From a virus, in IMG/VR virus record IMGVR_UViG_3300037149_000105, positions 32,001-96,000 of that record: a DNA stretch of 64,000 nucleotides, one strand, 5' to 3'. This document shows, one piece after another, positions 33,905 through 44,301 of the stretch. The notes below the pieces were generated by a model, which ran no database searches, was not told the DNA's origin, and saw only the letters and a program-made list of their open reading frames with translations. How positions within the stretch are numbered: the first letter of the stretch is position 1; every line of letters begins with the position of its first letter. Both the position numbers and the translations under genes were made by a program.

Positions 33905-34077
33905 CATATCCAGAAACCTCGCCAACCCGCAGAGCCCTTCAAGAAATCCAAGGTCCGGATAGCGAAGAAGTCTCTCGTCGCCGCGAAATCTTAGCACAGG
34001 ACGACAAAGAACTTGACGCCCAGCTAGCCGAAGAGGCTCTACTGATACAACAAATGATGTGCAAGAGGGCTCAATAA
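33901..34077 (+). CDS. Small hypothetical protein (58 aa)
   Basis: MTYPETSPTRR...; GGAG RBS; ATGA and TAATG overlaps with both neighbours; below ORF-track cutoff. Confidence 0.6.
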   Translation: MTYPETSPTRRALQEIQGPDSEEVSRRREILAQDDKELDAQLAEEALLIQQMMCKRAQ

Positions 34078-34355
34078 TGCTGAAGTCCGGGAGTAAAAAC
34101 ATCGCTTGGTGGCATCCACAGCCCAATGTAGTGATTGACGTTCGGGACATCTCTGGGTTCACCGTCTCCACTGAACAGTATTTTGATCCAGACGGGACTG
34201 CATCAATTATTGGACTTCGCTACACCCTTCTTGTCAGCTTCTCGAATAAGAGCAAGACAGACAGTGTGGCGTTTACCTACAACTCTCTCGATGAGTTAAA
34301 TGAGGTGTTATCCCCCTTCGAACTCTCTTGGATTCCGGATGAGGTGAAGGCATGA
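34077..34355 (+). CDS. Hypothetical protein
   Basis: Coupled start, MLKSGSKN... Confidence 0.6.
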   Translation: MLKSGSKNIAWWHPQPNVVIDVRDISGFTVSTEQYFDPDGTASIIGLRYTLLVSFSNKSKTDSVAFTYNSLDELNEVLSPFELSWIPDEVKA

Positions 34356-35575
34356 GCTTGGAAATTAAAACCCTACTGGGCCTCAGAGATACAGAAAAGC
34401 GGATGTACGTCATCAATACTGATGAGGTTACCGAGTCAGAATATGAGTATTGCCAAGTCCTGTGCAACGTGTTGTGGGGAGATAAAGGGCTAGTTGAGTC
34501 TCTCGGACCCACTTGGAGCATGGTTCACGATGCCAGATTTGAGAATCTGGAGAGTAAGTTTGTGGTGAATCGTCCAGCCGTATTCGGTGGAGATGCTCGT
34601 CTGGGCAAGCAGTATATTGACGGAGATGGGCTCCTCAGCCACTCAATGGTTGAACTGGAATCCTATGCGGAAATCCTGGGTGAGGGTCGCCATTTCCATG
34701 AGATTGTCAAGGCAGATGGCTTAGACCCCAGAGAGTTTTATGGGATGTCCGATGATATTTTGTGGAAATACATCAAGCAGGAATGCCCTAACTACTTTGA
34801 CAACAAGGGCGGAGCCCCCAACACACGAGCCAATAGACTTTGGTTGTTGTTCCGTGGGGACCTCCTAGGGTTGATCGAAGATTACAGTGAAGTCCCGCTC
34901 CTTCAGGATTGGATCAAGCTGTCCTCTGGGGATCAGGCTGAAGAGTACGACTTCCTCCATGTTGCAGAAGAGCCGGTGGTCTGGGCTGAAGTCGATTATT
35001 TGGAACGTGCGCTCACGCTCAGAGCTTCGCTCAGAGTCTCAGCCGTCAAGGTGCTCCAGCGTTCCGGCCTCATGGCCCTGCTCCAAGAGAAGTATGAGTT
35101 CACCGATCAAGAGATTGACGAAGTGCTGAAACTGGTGTATCAGACTCCTTACGAGAAGTTGTATGAAGTTCCGGCGAAGGTCGTCAACTATGCCAATCAG
35201 GTCCGTCAGACAACCGCTGATACGACAAAGCGTATGCTCAGTCAGTGTAAGGCCAACTCCAAGGCTAGTAAGGAGATTGTTGCTAAGCTTCAAGCCGGAG
35301 ATATCAAGCCAATCAACACCACTGATGAAGAAGTCGAACGCGACTTGTCTCCAGAGGAGAAGCAGGTTCTTGCAATCCAGGGGAACCCTTATCGGTTGGA
35401 GCTTTTCCTCATGTTCGTTGAGGCAGAGCAGATGGGAGACTTGAAGACTCAGGATATCATCAAGCCCATTCTGGAAGACACTGACCTGATGGTAGACTCT
35501 TACACGGTCTTAGAGGTCCGAGAGAAGACCCTAACAAATCGCACTAGCAGTGCGGTTAGGGATGCTCTCTCTTGA
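34352..35575 (+). CDS. Hypothetical protein
   Basis: 407 aa, GAGGTG RBS. Confidence 0.7.
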   Translation: MSLEIKTLLGLRDTEKRMYVINTDEVTESEYEYCQVLCNVLWGDKGLVESLGPTWSMVHDARFENLESKFVVNRPAVFGGDARLGKQYIDGDGLLSHSMVELESYAEILGEGRHFHEIVKADGLDPREFYGMSDDILWKYIKQECPNYFDNKGGAPNTRANRLWLLFRGDLLGLIEDYSEVPLLQDWIKLSSGDQAEEYDFLHVAEEPVVWAEVDYLERALTLRASLRVSAVKVLQRSGLMALLQEKYEFTDQEIDEVLKLVYQTPYEKLYEVPAKVVNYANQVRQTTADTTKRMLSQCKANSKASKEIVAKLQAGDIKPINTTDEEVERDLSPEEKQVLAIQGNPYRLELFLMFVEAEQMGDLKTQDIIKPILEDTDLMVDSYTVLEVREKTLTNRTSSAVRDALS

Positions 35576-35847
35576 ACTACACCACCCCTCACCCAATAGT
35601 GCTCGAAACACCATTGCAGTGGAAAGATATGACAGCAGAAGAGCAGGAATGGATTATCACTGGGATTCGAACTAATACTTTAGCAGATGCTGCAAAGAAG
35701 TTTGACCCAGTGATGCCCATGCTTTTAACTGTCCAATTCCCGCTGTCTTTGGTTGACCCGCGCCATCCTGCGGGGGCATTCGGGCAAGCACAAATCTTAA
35801 TAGAGCCCCGCGCTTCCAATGATGATGCGGGTTTGGAAAAGTTGTAG
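35572..35847 (+). CDS. Hypothetical protein
   Basis: 91 aa, overlaps upstream stop. Confidence 0.5.
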   Translation: MNYTTPHPIVLETPLQWKDMTAEEQEWIITGIRTNTLADAAKKFDPVMPMLLTVQFPLSLVDPRHPAGAFGQAQILIEPRASNDDAGLEKL

Positions 35848-35948
35848 TTCCACGATAGTTACACGGCGTCAGGAAAAACTGAGTATCAGGTATAGTGGCG
35901 CGGTATCTCGACTATCCCACGCTGTAATGAAACATCCTAGGAGAATCA

Positions 35949-37082
35949 ATGGCAATCACTAAAGAACCTCGTAAAACACAGAGAGCCGAAGCAATTCTCT
36001 CTGAATCTACAAAGAAGTATGACCCTAATGCCACCATCGAACAGTTGGTTGCAGACCTACGGCGAGTCCAGGAATCAAACCCTGAGACATTTATCTCTCG
36101 AAATTTTTATCGGATTCATGGTAGGTACTCAGAGAAGACTTGGAATAGCCTCTTTGGTACCATGTTGGAATTCAGGCGGCAAGCTGGCTTAGAATTGTCT
36201 CGGAATCAGGCCCAGCTTGAAAAACATATTGCAAAACATGCCAGTCTTGATGTTTATCGAGAGTTCCAAGAGGCAGAAATTTCTCCGTGGGTGGGTAAAT
36301 ACACAAAGCCCAATGATGGAGGAAGAACTAAAACTATTCTGGTTGCCAGTGACTTCCATGACAAGGAGGTAGATCCTTTCGTCCTCTCCGTGTTCATTGA
36401 TACGGCCAAGCGAGTTCAGCCTGATATCATCGTCCTAAATGGCGACATCTTTGACCTCTATGAGTTTTCTAGATTTGATAAGGATCCCAGACTTGCAGAT
36501 CTAAAGGGCCGGTTCGATTTTGTTCGAGAGAGTATCTTCCAGCCGCTTCGTGATGCTTGCCCTAATTCCCAGATTGACTTCACTCTCGGAAATCACGAAC
36601 AGAGATTGCTGAAGCATCTGGCAGACAAGACCCCGTTTATGAAAGTCCTAATGGATCTATGCGGTAGCACTCTAGCCTCTTTGTTTGGTTTGGATGAGTT
36701 CAAGATTAATCTGGTTACCAAATGGGATTTGACAGCTTGGAAGCCAGGAGAACTCAGGGATCAGGCTAAGAAGAACTATATCGTTTATTACAACTGCTTC
36801 GTTTGTAACCACACTGGCAACGAGGGCTTTGGGCTTTCAGGAACCTCTGGTCATGTTCATCGCCCTGATGTGAAAACATCAGCCAATGTCAATGGTCCAC
36901 TGGTTTGGACAACTACTGGTTGTATGTGTCGCACCAATGCAGAGTACACGACTACCATGGAGAAGTGGCACAACAGCTTCCTCCTCGTTCATGTGGACAC
37001 TTGGAAGAAGCAAGTCGTCCCCGAGCACATCCTTTTCACCGACTTTATGACTTGTGTCGGAGGCAAGTATTACTTTAGATAA
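35949..37082 (+). CDS. Calcineurin-like metallophosphoesterase
   Basis: SDFH, NGDIFD, GNHE, GHVH. Confidence 0.85.
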   Translation: MAITKEPRKTQRAEAILSESTKKYDPNATIEQLVADLRRVQESNPETFISRNFYRIHGRYSEKTWNSLFGTMLEFRRQAGLELSRNQAQLEKHIAKHASLDVYREFQEAEISPWVGKYTKPNDGGRTKTILVASDFHDKEVDPFVLSVFIDTAKRVQPDIIVLNGDIFDLYEFSRFDKDPRLADLKGRFDFVRESIFQPLRDACPNSQIDFTLGNHEQRLLKHLADKTPFMKVLMDLCGSTLASLFGLDEFKINLVTKWDLTAWKPGELRDQAKKNYIVYYNCFVCNHTGNEGFGLSGTSGHVHRPDVKTSANVNGPLVWTTTGCMCRTNAEYTTTMEKWHNSFLLVHVDTWKKQVVPEHILFTDFMTCVGGKYYFR

Positions 37083-37093
37083 GGGATGGATTG

Positions 37094-37654
37094 ATGACTT
37101 GTGTGGTAGGACTTAGCGCAAAGGGAAAAATCTGGATCGGCGGAGACGCCGCTGGGTTTGATACTGAAACTTACAGATGCGTGGCGATGCGGGATACCAA
37201 GGTATTCAAACTTGGAACTGAGTATTTGGTTGGGTTTGCAGGATCCTATCGGTTTGGCCAATTGCTTAGATACAAATTTGTCCCCCCAGAGAAACCCGAA
37301 GGTCAGGATGACTATGAATTTTTGGTCACAGATTTCATGGATTTGTTGAGAAACACCATGAAAGACGAAGGCATTGTCAAGATTGAAAACTCAATAGAAA
37401 GTCTTGATGAGGCCGGTGCCCTCGTTGGTTTCAATGGGAAGCTCTACAACATTGAGGAGGATTTTCAAATAGGGGAGATGGTTCTTCCCTACTGCGCGAT
37501 AGGCAGCGGAGCAGATTATTCCTATGGAAGTTTGGACACCTCTTTCAAGATATCAAAACGGATGGCCCCTCGTAAGCGAGTTCTGATGGCCCTAGAAGCA
37601 GCCTCTGCTTTCTCCTCTGCGGTGCGTCCTCCTTTTACAATCATGTCCTCGTAG
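37094..37654 (+). CDS. Ntn-hydrolase (HslV/proteasome-beta-like) protease
   Basis: MTCVVG N-terminal Thr, GGD, KVF, GFAG, AIGSG. Confidence 0.8.
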   Translation: MTCVVGLSAKGKIWIGGDAAGFDTETYRCVAMRDTKVFKLGTEYLVGFAGSYRFGQLLRYKFVPPEKPEGQDDYEFLVTDFMDLLRNTMKDEGIVKIENSIESLDEAGALVGFNGKLYNIEEDFQIGEMVLPYCAIGSGADYSYGSLDTSFKISKRMAPRKRVLMALEAASAFSSAVRPPFTIMSS

Positions 37655-37683
37655 GACTTCCTATCCCTCTCGTAGAGGTACGA

Positions 37684-38172
37684 ATGGGAACTTCACAGGT
37701 AATAGGGTTCATGCAAGCTGAGGCCGAGGCCCAAACCGGGGATTTGGCTTTTTTTGATGGGTCAACACTTATAGATGACATTATCAAATGGGACACTAGC
37801 TCACCCTGGTGCCACGTTGGAATTATTATTGAATTTGGTGGTCGGAAATGGCTGGATGAGTCCCTCCCCTCAAAAGGTCCACATCTTGTTCTCCTTGCCG
37901 AGCGGACCCCACAGATGATTGTGAATCGTCACTCATCTCTCTCTGAAGATGCACTGAATTACGCTTTTTCAAAATTTGACCTAGACTATAGTTACGAGAA
38001 CGCCATCCTAGCGGGCTTGGGGATGAAGACGGTTAATGGCGGGATGATGTGCTCAGAGTATGTAGGAGATGTGTTAGAGCGGGATGGGGTCAGGGGAATC
38101 CCAAGCAAAGGTTTGACTCCTGGAGCTTTGTTTGCTGTGTTCCAGAATTGTGACCAGACTCTTATTTCATAG
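37684..38172 (+). CDS. Permuted papain-like (YiiX/NlpC-P60) enzyme
   Basis: GDL.FF, SPWCHVGI, MCSEYV, TPG. Confidence 0.8.
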   Translation: MGTSQVIGFMQAEAEAQTGDLAFFDGSTLIDDIIKWDTSSPWCHVGIIIEFGGRKWLDESLPSKGPHLVLLAERTPQMIVNRHSSLSEDALNYAFSKFDLDYSYENAILAGLGMKTVNGGMMCSEYVGDVLERDGVRGIPSKGLTPGALFAVFQNCDQTLIS

Positions 38173-38179
38173 GTGACAT

Positions 38180-39406
38180 ATGGCTCTGTTGGATCGTGAT
38201 CATGTTTTCGCTGCGCTTGAGGCGGTGAATGAGGTATTAAAACATAAATACCAAAAAGAAACCGTCATGGTTACCGGGGGAGCTGCTCTAATGTTCCTAT
38301 TTGACGATTTTTATCGCCCCGTGAAGGACATAGATGCCTGCGGGATGAGCCAAAATCTCGCCAAAGCGATTGAAGAGATTACTTGGGAGAAGGATTTACC
38401 AGGAAATTGGTTTAACGATGAGGCGAGTGAGTATTATTACCCCCGAGAGACGGCGGAAGGCCCCAAGTTTTCAAATTTGAGCATTCAATGCCCCTCTAAG
38501 ATGTATCTTTTGTGCCTTAAGATTCATTCCAAACGTTCTGCGGAGCAATCCCACGACCCTCAGGACGTAGAATTCATGATCGAACGGATGCCTGAAGTCC
38601 AGACTGACCAGGATTGGCAACTTTGCTATAAAAAATGGTTTGGAAAGACCGATTGGAGCAGTTTTTGTGCCGAGTCTGTTCACCAAGCACTAGCAAAACG
38701 CTCTCCCAAGGTAGCAGCAGAGGCTCCACACACCGATAAACCCCCTGAACCCCTGATGATTGCCCTCATTAACCAAAGTGAGTGGAAGAAGAATCCATCC
38801 GGAGATGGGAAGGTACATATTTTCACTGAGGAACCTGAAGAGCCCCAAGATTCCAACAGCCCCTTTCGTGTCAGAGCGTCTGGAGAAGACTTGGTTGAGA
38901 AAGCGATCGAGTTTGCAACAGAAAAACACAAGGATCAGAGACGAAAATGGACCGGAGAGAGCTACATTGTCCATCCAGAGGCCGTAGCGGATACCATCAG
39001 AGCCATCGGGGGCTCCACGGAGATGGTTTGTGCTGCGTGGCTTCATGATACGATTGAAGATCAGGGGGTTCGACCGGAGGAATTGACTGAACTTTTTGGG
39101 CCAAAAGTGTCTAAATTGGTCGTGGAATTGTCCGAAATCTCCAAATTAGAAGACGGAAACCGCAAAACTAGGAAGGAAATTGACCGAAAACACTACAGCA
39201 ATGCCTCTCCAGAGGGTCAGACGATAAAGTTGGCTGACATGCTGAATAATGGTTATGATATTGTAGAATCCAACCCAGGATTTGCCAGAACTTACATTCC
39301 AGAACTTGAGGCACTATTTGAGGTTCTCACCAAAGGTAACCCCACCTTGAGAAACAAGGTAGCAGAGATGATAGCGATCTCAAAACGAAAGTTGGGTCTG
39401 AACTGA
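38180..39406 (+). CDS. Nucleotidyltransferase (DUF6036/AbiEii-like) fused to HD hydrolase (Mesh1/SpoT-like)
   Basis: N-terminal GGAAL..R..KDID, WFND, K..S.R..D..D; C-terminal FATEKH.DQRRK..YIVHP, WLHDTIED, KLADMLNN. Confidence 0.8.
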   Translation: MALLDRDHVFAALEAVNEVLKHKYQKETVMVTGGAALMFLFDDFYRPVKDIDACGMSQNLAKAIEEITWEKDLPGNWFNDEASEYYYPRETAEGPKFSNLSIQCPSKMYLLCLKIHSKRSAEQSHDPQDVEFMIERMPEVQTDQDWQLCYKKWFGKTDWSSFCAESVHQALAKRSPKVAAEAPHTDKPPEPLMIALINQSEWKKNPSGDGKVHIFTEEPEEPQDSNSPFRVRASGEDLVEKAIEFATEKHKDQRRKWTGESYIVHPEAVADTIRAIGGSTEMVCAAWLHDTIEDQGVRPEELTELFGPKVSKLVVELSEISKLEDGNRKTRKEIDRKHYSNASPEGQTIKLADMLNNGYDIVESNPGFARTYIPELEALFEVLTKGNPTLRNKVAEMIAISKRKLGLN

Positions 39407-39441
39407 CATATTGGCTTTCGCTCTCTAAGTGAGAGGGTAGG

Positions 39442-39807
39442 ATGCTCACGAAACGTATGGTAGAGGTTTTAACGTCCCACAAGCTATTGAGTCCTCAGAT
39501 TAAGGATTTAATCAAATCTAATGCGTTAAATAACCCAAAAACGGCTTATTTTTATGCAAGATATGTCCTTAACGGGCCTTTTTCAGAGGGGGAAGCAGCT
39601 ATTTCCCAGAGTCCCAAGTTTAGTTACTACTATGCTAAGGAGGTTCTTCACCATAGGTTTGAGGCCGGGGAACCTGTTCTGGCACACTCTAGTGGATGGT
39701 GGTTTGATTACTGGATTGATATTCTTGATGGTAAATGGCCAAAAGAAATGTCTCAAGCTCTATTAGAAGCCCGAGTCCTATGGGGCAAATCTGGTGGTGG
39801 AAGGTAG
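39442..39807 (+). CDS. Hypothetical phage protein with AY.YA..VL...F..GE repeats
   Basis: 121 aa. Confidence 0.65.
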   Translation: MLTKRMVEVLTSHKLLSPQIKDLIKSNALNNPKTAYFYARYVLNGPFSEGEAAISQSPKFSYYYAKEVLHHRFEAGEPVLAHSSGWWFDYWIDILDGKWPKEMSQALLEARVLWGKSGGGR

Positions 39808-39809
39808 CA

Positions 39810-40232
39810 ATGGCAATTCGTAAAAGGTACACGTTCGATCTGACAGAGTTCGAAGTTGAGGCCAAACGAGGGCATGTGGACTGCGCGGCGGAGGAAGGTG
39901 ACTCTGAATGGGTATGCGATATTATCCCTAAGCTGGACATGGACCTCCCAGCCAGTGTAGTGAAGGCTATCATCACAGAGGCGAGGAAGCAATTTGAGGA
40001 AGACCTCAAGCGGGAATATGCAGCCCAGTCATTCCACTGGAAGGGGGATAGGCGGTCCCCTTTGCTTCGATTTGTCAAAGGGGACCACGTGACCTTCAAG
40101 GGTGGCGAGGGCGAGGTGGTCTATGCGATTCCTGAACAAAAAAAGTTCGGAGTAAAGACTACAGATGGTAAGGTTCTCAATTTCGATCTGAAATCTTTTG
40201 AACATTTCCTATTCAAGAAGGTGACTTCCTAG
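39810..40232 (+). CDS. Hypothetical protein
   Basis: ATG 2 nt after upstream stop. Confidence 0.6.
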   Translation: MAIRKRYTFDLTEFEVEAKRGHVDCAAEEGDSEWVCDIIPKLDMDLPASVVKAIITEARKQFEEDLKREYAAQSFHWKGDRRSPLLRFVKGDHVTFKGGEGEVVYAIPEQKKFGVKTTDGKVLNFDLKSFEHFLFKKVTS

Positions 40233-40254
40233 TACTAGATTATAGGAGTTCACG

Positions 40255-41094
40255 ATGCCACAAACCCGCACACCTTGGGGGTTAGATGATACAAAAAAGC
40301 TAGTAATGCTTTACCCCGTAGGGACTAAGGGTGAAATTACAGCAGCATTCCCCAATCGTGCTTGGAATACCATAAAAGGTAAGGCGAGGAGGCTCAACCT
40401 CAAGTTGTCTCGCGCTTGCTACAAATGTGATTTATCTATACTTTTAGACAAGTCAGATGTTTCCTTTTATTGGCTAGGGTTCCTCTGTGCGGACGCTAAC
40501 TTCACTGAACATACTGTGGGGCTTGAAATATCAGAAAAGGACGTTGTGCATCTTAATACTTTTTGCAATTACATTAATTACCCTGAAACTGGTTTATTCC
40601 GAAGAAGTCGTAAGATATTTGGGAAACAGCAGAACGCGACCCTATGTGCCTATGCAAATCATAAAGAGGTAGTTCAAAAGTTAAGAAACACTTACTCCAT
40701 ATCTAACAATAAGATGAAAAATCCCATTGACATTTCTAGTATGTTGGACTTAGAGCTTATGTGTTTTTTCATTGGGTTTATTGATGGAGACGGCTCTATC
40801 TGTTTTCGTAAGAATGGATCCATTGTAGTCAGTATTGAGATAGACAAATCTTGGTTCTCCATATTAAAATCCTTTGAACTTCTTCTTCCTAGATTAAATA
40901 TAATCACTTCAGTTAGAGCATTGCTCTATACTAGATCTGATACTCGGCAAACTTTCGCTCGTTGGCAGACTTCTAGTAGACCTGTTTTTTATCAATTTCG
41001 GCAATTTGCCGTGGAGCACCATCTCCCAATTATGCATAGAAAGTGGTTTTCCAGAGATTCTTCTTGCACGATTTTCTCAAAACCAGTAATATGA
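40255..41094 (+). CDS. LAGLIDADG-family homing endonuclease
   Basis: YWLGFLCADA and FFIGFIDGDG motifs; AT-rich. Confidence 0.85.
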   Translation: MPQTRTPWGLDDTKKLVMLYPVGTKGEITAAFPNRAWNTIKGKARRLNLKLSRACYKCDLSILLDKSDVSFYWLGFLCADANFTEHTVGLEISEKDVVHLNTFCNYINYPETGLFRRSRKIFGKQQNATLCAYANHKEVVQKLRNTYSISNNKMKNPIDISSMLDLELMCFFIGFIDGDGSICFRKNGSIVVSIEIDKSWFSILKSFELLLPRLNIITSVRALLYTRSDTRQTFARWQTSSRPVFYQFRQFAVEHHLPIMHRKWFSRDSSCTIFSKPVI

Positions 41095-41109
41095 TAAAGG
41101 GAGGCTCTC

Positions 41110-41748
41110 GTGAACATGTGGTTTACAGCAGACCAGCATTTTTCACATGAAAGAATTATAGAGATGACTGGTAGGCCATTCGCCTCTGTAGAGGAGATGA
41201 ATAGTGTCCTGGTAGCTAACTATAATGCTCTAGTTCAGCCGGAGGATGTGGTTTACTTTCTCGGAGACGTTTGCATGGGCAAATTAACCGAATCTCTCTC
41301 GCTTCTCTCTCAACTAAAAGGTCACAAGATTTTGGCTGCGCTGGGTAACCATGATCGCCCATCCCACCTCTACCATCATAAGACGGAAGAAAAGCGGCAA
41401 GAATGGCTAGCAAAATATCAAGAATATTTTGAAGCCATCCATGAAAGTCTCAAGATGGAACTGTGCGTCCCCCGAGTAGGGATGCAACCCACAGCTAGAC
41501 TCGATGTGATGCCAGTCCTCCTACACCACCTCCCCTATCTGGATGACACCTTTGTGGATCATGCCTATGAGGGTCGATACAGGGAGTTTCAGCCCGTCAA
41601 CGATGGCAAGACCATCTTGATTCATGGTCATGTCCACGGAGCATGGAAGCAAAAGGGTCGTCAAATCAATGTTGGTGTGGATGTCTGGGACTACAAACCA
41701 GTCAGCCTCCACCAGCTTTCCCAACTCGTTTTACCCCCAACAGTCTAA
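41110..41748 (+). CDS. Metallophosphoesterase
   Basis: ADQHFSH, LGD, GNHD, HGHVH, INVGVD. Confidence 0.9.
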   Translation: MNMWFTADQHFSHERIIEMTGRPFASVEEMNSVLVANYNALVQPEDVVYFLGDVCMGKLTESLSLLSQLKGHKILAALGNHDRPSHLYHHKTEEKRQEWLAKYQEYFEAIHESLKMELCVPRVGMQPTARLDVMPVLLHHLPYLDDTFVDHAYEGRYREFQPVNDGKTILIHGHVHGAWKQKGRQINVGVDVWDYKPVSLHQLSQLVLPPTV

Positions 41749-41759
41749 AGGAGACACAG

Positions 41760-42083
41760 ATGGATAATATCATCGCAAGTTGCAGTGCTCACGTTTCTTA
41801 CCTCTATAATAGCAAGGTTAACGCCTTGCTTCCCATGATTCATGCGGAAGTCGAAGTTGTTAAGGGCCGGGGCAATCAGCCCACCGAGACCCTGAACTTC
41901 TGTGCCACTCCCGCTGGGATGAATCAGTTGATGGCGTCTATTCAGGACGCAATCCAGACTACTGAGATGGCCAAGAATTCCAAGCCTCAGTTCATGACTG
42001 AGGGAGAGTGGTTTCAGTTCTTGAAAAACCACCCGGAAGATGCTGTCATCAATGGAGACGATCAGCCCCCAGTTGAGGGTTAA
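41760..42083 (+). CDS. Hypothetical protein
   Basis: ATG after AAGGAG. Confidence 0.6.
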   Translation: MDNIIASCSAHVSYLYNSKVNALLPMIHAEVEVVKGRGNQPTETLNFCATPAGMNQLMASIQDAIQTTEMAKNSKPQFMTEGEWFQFLKNHPEDAVINGDDQPPVEG

Positions 42084-42149
42084 TGATTCCAGCAGCGATT
42101 GGTAAGTTTTGTATATACAAATCGCTAACTTTCTGGGTATACTAACTAC

Positions 42150-42785
42150 ATGAAGACTGTGTTTCTTTCCGACACCCACAATTACGAGGTCGCCGTCCCC
42201 GAAGGCGATCTCGTAGTTCATTGTGGTGATGCCACCGAACGGGGCACCATCCAAGAGGTTTCGAAGTTCGCAGAGTGGTTTGGTAAGCTGCCCCACCGTC
42301 ATAAATTGTTCATAGCCGGTAACCACGACTTCCTTTTCGAGCAGAACCCCACGGTGGCCCGTCTGATCCTCAAAGACAACGGAATCGCCTATCTGGAGGA
42401 TGACTACCTGGAGTTGGAGGGTCTGAGAATCTATGGGACTCCCCAGCAGCCCTACTTCCATGGCTGGGCGTTCAACCGGGAAGAGGAAGACCTGATGCAA
42501 ATCTATGAGAGGATCCCTGAGGGACTGGATATTCTCATCACCCATTGCCCTCCTCGTGGCATCCTGGATGAGGTCGCTCAGGAATTCAAGATTCGTTACA
42601 TCGGGGACTTCGACCTACTGCAAAGAGTGAGTCGTGCGAAACCCAAGTTTCATTGCTTCGGCCACTGCCACGCAGGATACGGGGCCAAAACCGTCATCGA
42701 TACCTTCTTCATCAACGCATCAATCTGCAATGAAAGGCAGCTTCCGGTTAATAAACCGTGGACATTCGAGGTGGAACCGTGTTAA
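42150..42785 (+). CDS. Metallophosphoesterase (probably leaderless mRNA)
   Basis: SDTH, HCGD, GNHD, THCPP, FGHCH; ATG 6 nt after the -10 box of promoter 42114-42143. Confidence 0.9.
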   Translation: MKTVFLSDTHNYEVAVPEGDLVVHCGDATERGTIQEVSKFAEWFGKLPHRHKLFIAGNHDFLFEQNPTVARLILKDNGIAYLEDDYLELEGLRIYGTPQQPYFHGWAFNREEEDLMQIYERIPEGLDILITHCPPRGILDEVAQEFKIRYIGDFDLLQRVSRAKPKFHCFGHCHAGYGAKTVIDTFFINASICNERQLPVNKPWTFEVEPC

Positions 42786-42994
42786 ACTATTCACTGGCCC
42801 TCTGGGGTGCGCTTTCGGCTGGGACTTTTCTCTTCATAGGGCTCCTCGCTATCAGTGCCTTCTTTCAGAGTGGAGTGGCTGGGTTTAAGGAGTTCAAAGT
42901 AAGTTACCTGACCCTTATTCTAACTCTCATCTTCGCCAGTGTGTTTTTCCCCATCGCATGGACAATGATCCATAGCATGATAAAGGAGCGGTGA
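42779..42994 (+). CDS. Small membrane protein
   Basis: Two hydrophobic helices; GAGGTGG RBS. Confidence 0.6.
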   Translation: MLNYSLALWGALSAGTFLFIGLLAISAFFQSGVAGFKEFKVSYLTLILTLIFASVFFPIAWTMIHSMIKER

Positions 42995-43055
42995 GGCAAT
43001 TTTTTTTTGTAGACAGAACCCGCGCAATCGAGTATAATAAATTATGGAGGTTAGA

Positions 43056-43481
43056 ATGGAAAAGCGTGTCACCATCCTGGTCGGACCTTCCGGCTGTGGC
43101 AAGTCCACCTGGATCAAGGAGCAGGAAAAGTGCGGAGAGTGGGAGGTGTGCTCTGCGGATCACTACTTCCTCCAGGCGGATGGAAGCTACCAGTTCAACC
43201 CCAGTCTGCTGGGCAAGGCTCACGGTGCCTGCTTGGAGAAGTTCAAGCAATGCCTCGCTTGTGGCTTGTTCACCATCTTCGTGGACAACACCAGCACCCG
43301 TGAGTGGGAGCGCAAGGAATACGTGGAATTGGCCAAGAGGGCTGGCTACGAAGTGTGGCTGAAGGTCTTCCAGGTGGATCCGGAGGTCTGTGCGGCCCGT
43401 AACCTCCATGGTGTGCCGGTCGAATCCGTCCGTAAGATGGCGGAGCGGATCGATGTTCCAGAAGGATTTTATCCCGTATGA
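43056..43481 (+). CDS. P-loop kinase (AAA_33 / polynucleotide-kinase-like)
   Basis: GPSGCGKST, SAD, VDNT, RNLHGVP. Confidence 0.85.
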   Translation: MEKRVTILVGPSGCGKSTWIKEQEKCGEWEVCSADHYFLQADGSYQFNPSLLGKAHGACLEKFKQCLACGLFTIFVDNTSTREWERKEYVELAKRAGYEVWLKVFQVDPEVCAARNLHGVPVESVRKMAERIDVPEGFYPV

Positions 43482-43807
43482 GCATTCAGGAGCAGTATCC
43501 CCGCATGTTCATCCCTCAGTTCTGGGGGATTGAGGTCGGTGACGGCTGGAAACCACTGGTGGATGAAGTAGTCACCCGGCTGGCCCAGCTTCCCGATCCT
43601 CCTCAGATCACCCAGGTGAAGGAGAAGTTTGGGAACCTCACCATCTATCTCACCTCTTACAGCCCCGATGCACAGGACATTTTGGATGAAGTTGAGGAAA
43701 GGGCTTCCCTTATTTGCGAATACTGCGGAGCCCCTGGAGAGGAACGTGATACCGGGTGGATAAAAGTCCTCTGTGATGCGTGTGAAGAAAAGCGGAGTAA
43801 TAGGTAG
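43478..43807 (+). CDS. Conserved phage hypothetical protein
   Basis: GDGW, QVKEKFG, CEYCG..W...LC. Confidence 0.75.
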   Translation: MSIQEQYPRMFIPQFWGIEVGDGWKPLVDEVVTRLAQLPDPPQITQVKEKFGNLTIYLTSYSPDAQDILDEVEERASLICEYCGAPGEERDTGWIKVLCDACEEKRSNR

Positions 43808-43808
43808 T

Positions 43809-44273
43809 ATGAGCATGAAGTTCGAATACACCCGAAACCCCATTCTGACTCACTGGGATGCAGACTATGTTGTGTCCTTTGACAGAGTCAGGACCATTCT
43901 CTCTCGTCAGGGCAGGCCAGCCAAGGTTGGTGAGGCGGATGGCTGGGCGTTTGAAGTCCCCGCTACTGAGGACATCCCCTGGCTTACTTCTCTGCTGCGT
44001 CATTTTTTCACGCAAGCTATTGAAAAGGCTTGCTTTCCCACCGGTCACAATGTTCTTTTGATTCAGCTTCCCGAATGGGCTCCAACCAGAGTATTAGTCT
44101 CTGTCTGGGGAGATCTTGCCAAACGAAAAGTCTGGGAAGACTATGATTGGCACAACTGCAACAAGGAAATACCCCCAGGTCACAAGTCTTTGATGAACAT
44201 CCGGCTACTTTGCCCCAACGAAGAAGTCTTCAACGGGATGGCTGCCTTCTTCCAAGGAACCTGGGAGTTGTAG
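43809..44273 (+). CDS. Hypothetical protein
   Basis: ORF following upstream stop. Confidence 0.6.
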   Translation: MSMKFEYTRNPILTHWDADYVVSFDRVRTILSRQGRPAKVGEADGWAFEVPATEDIPWLTSLLRHFFTQAIEKACFPTGHNVLLIQLPEWAPTRVLVSVWGDLAKRKVWEDYDWHNCNKEIPPGHKSLMNIRLLCPNEEVFNGMAAFFQGTWEL

Positions 44274-44301
44274 GAAGTCTGAAACTTTTTGAAGAAAAAG
44301 G

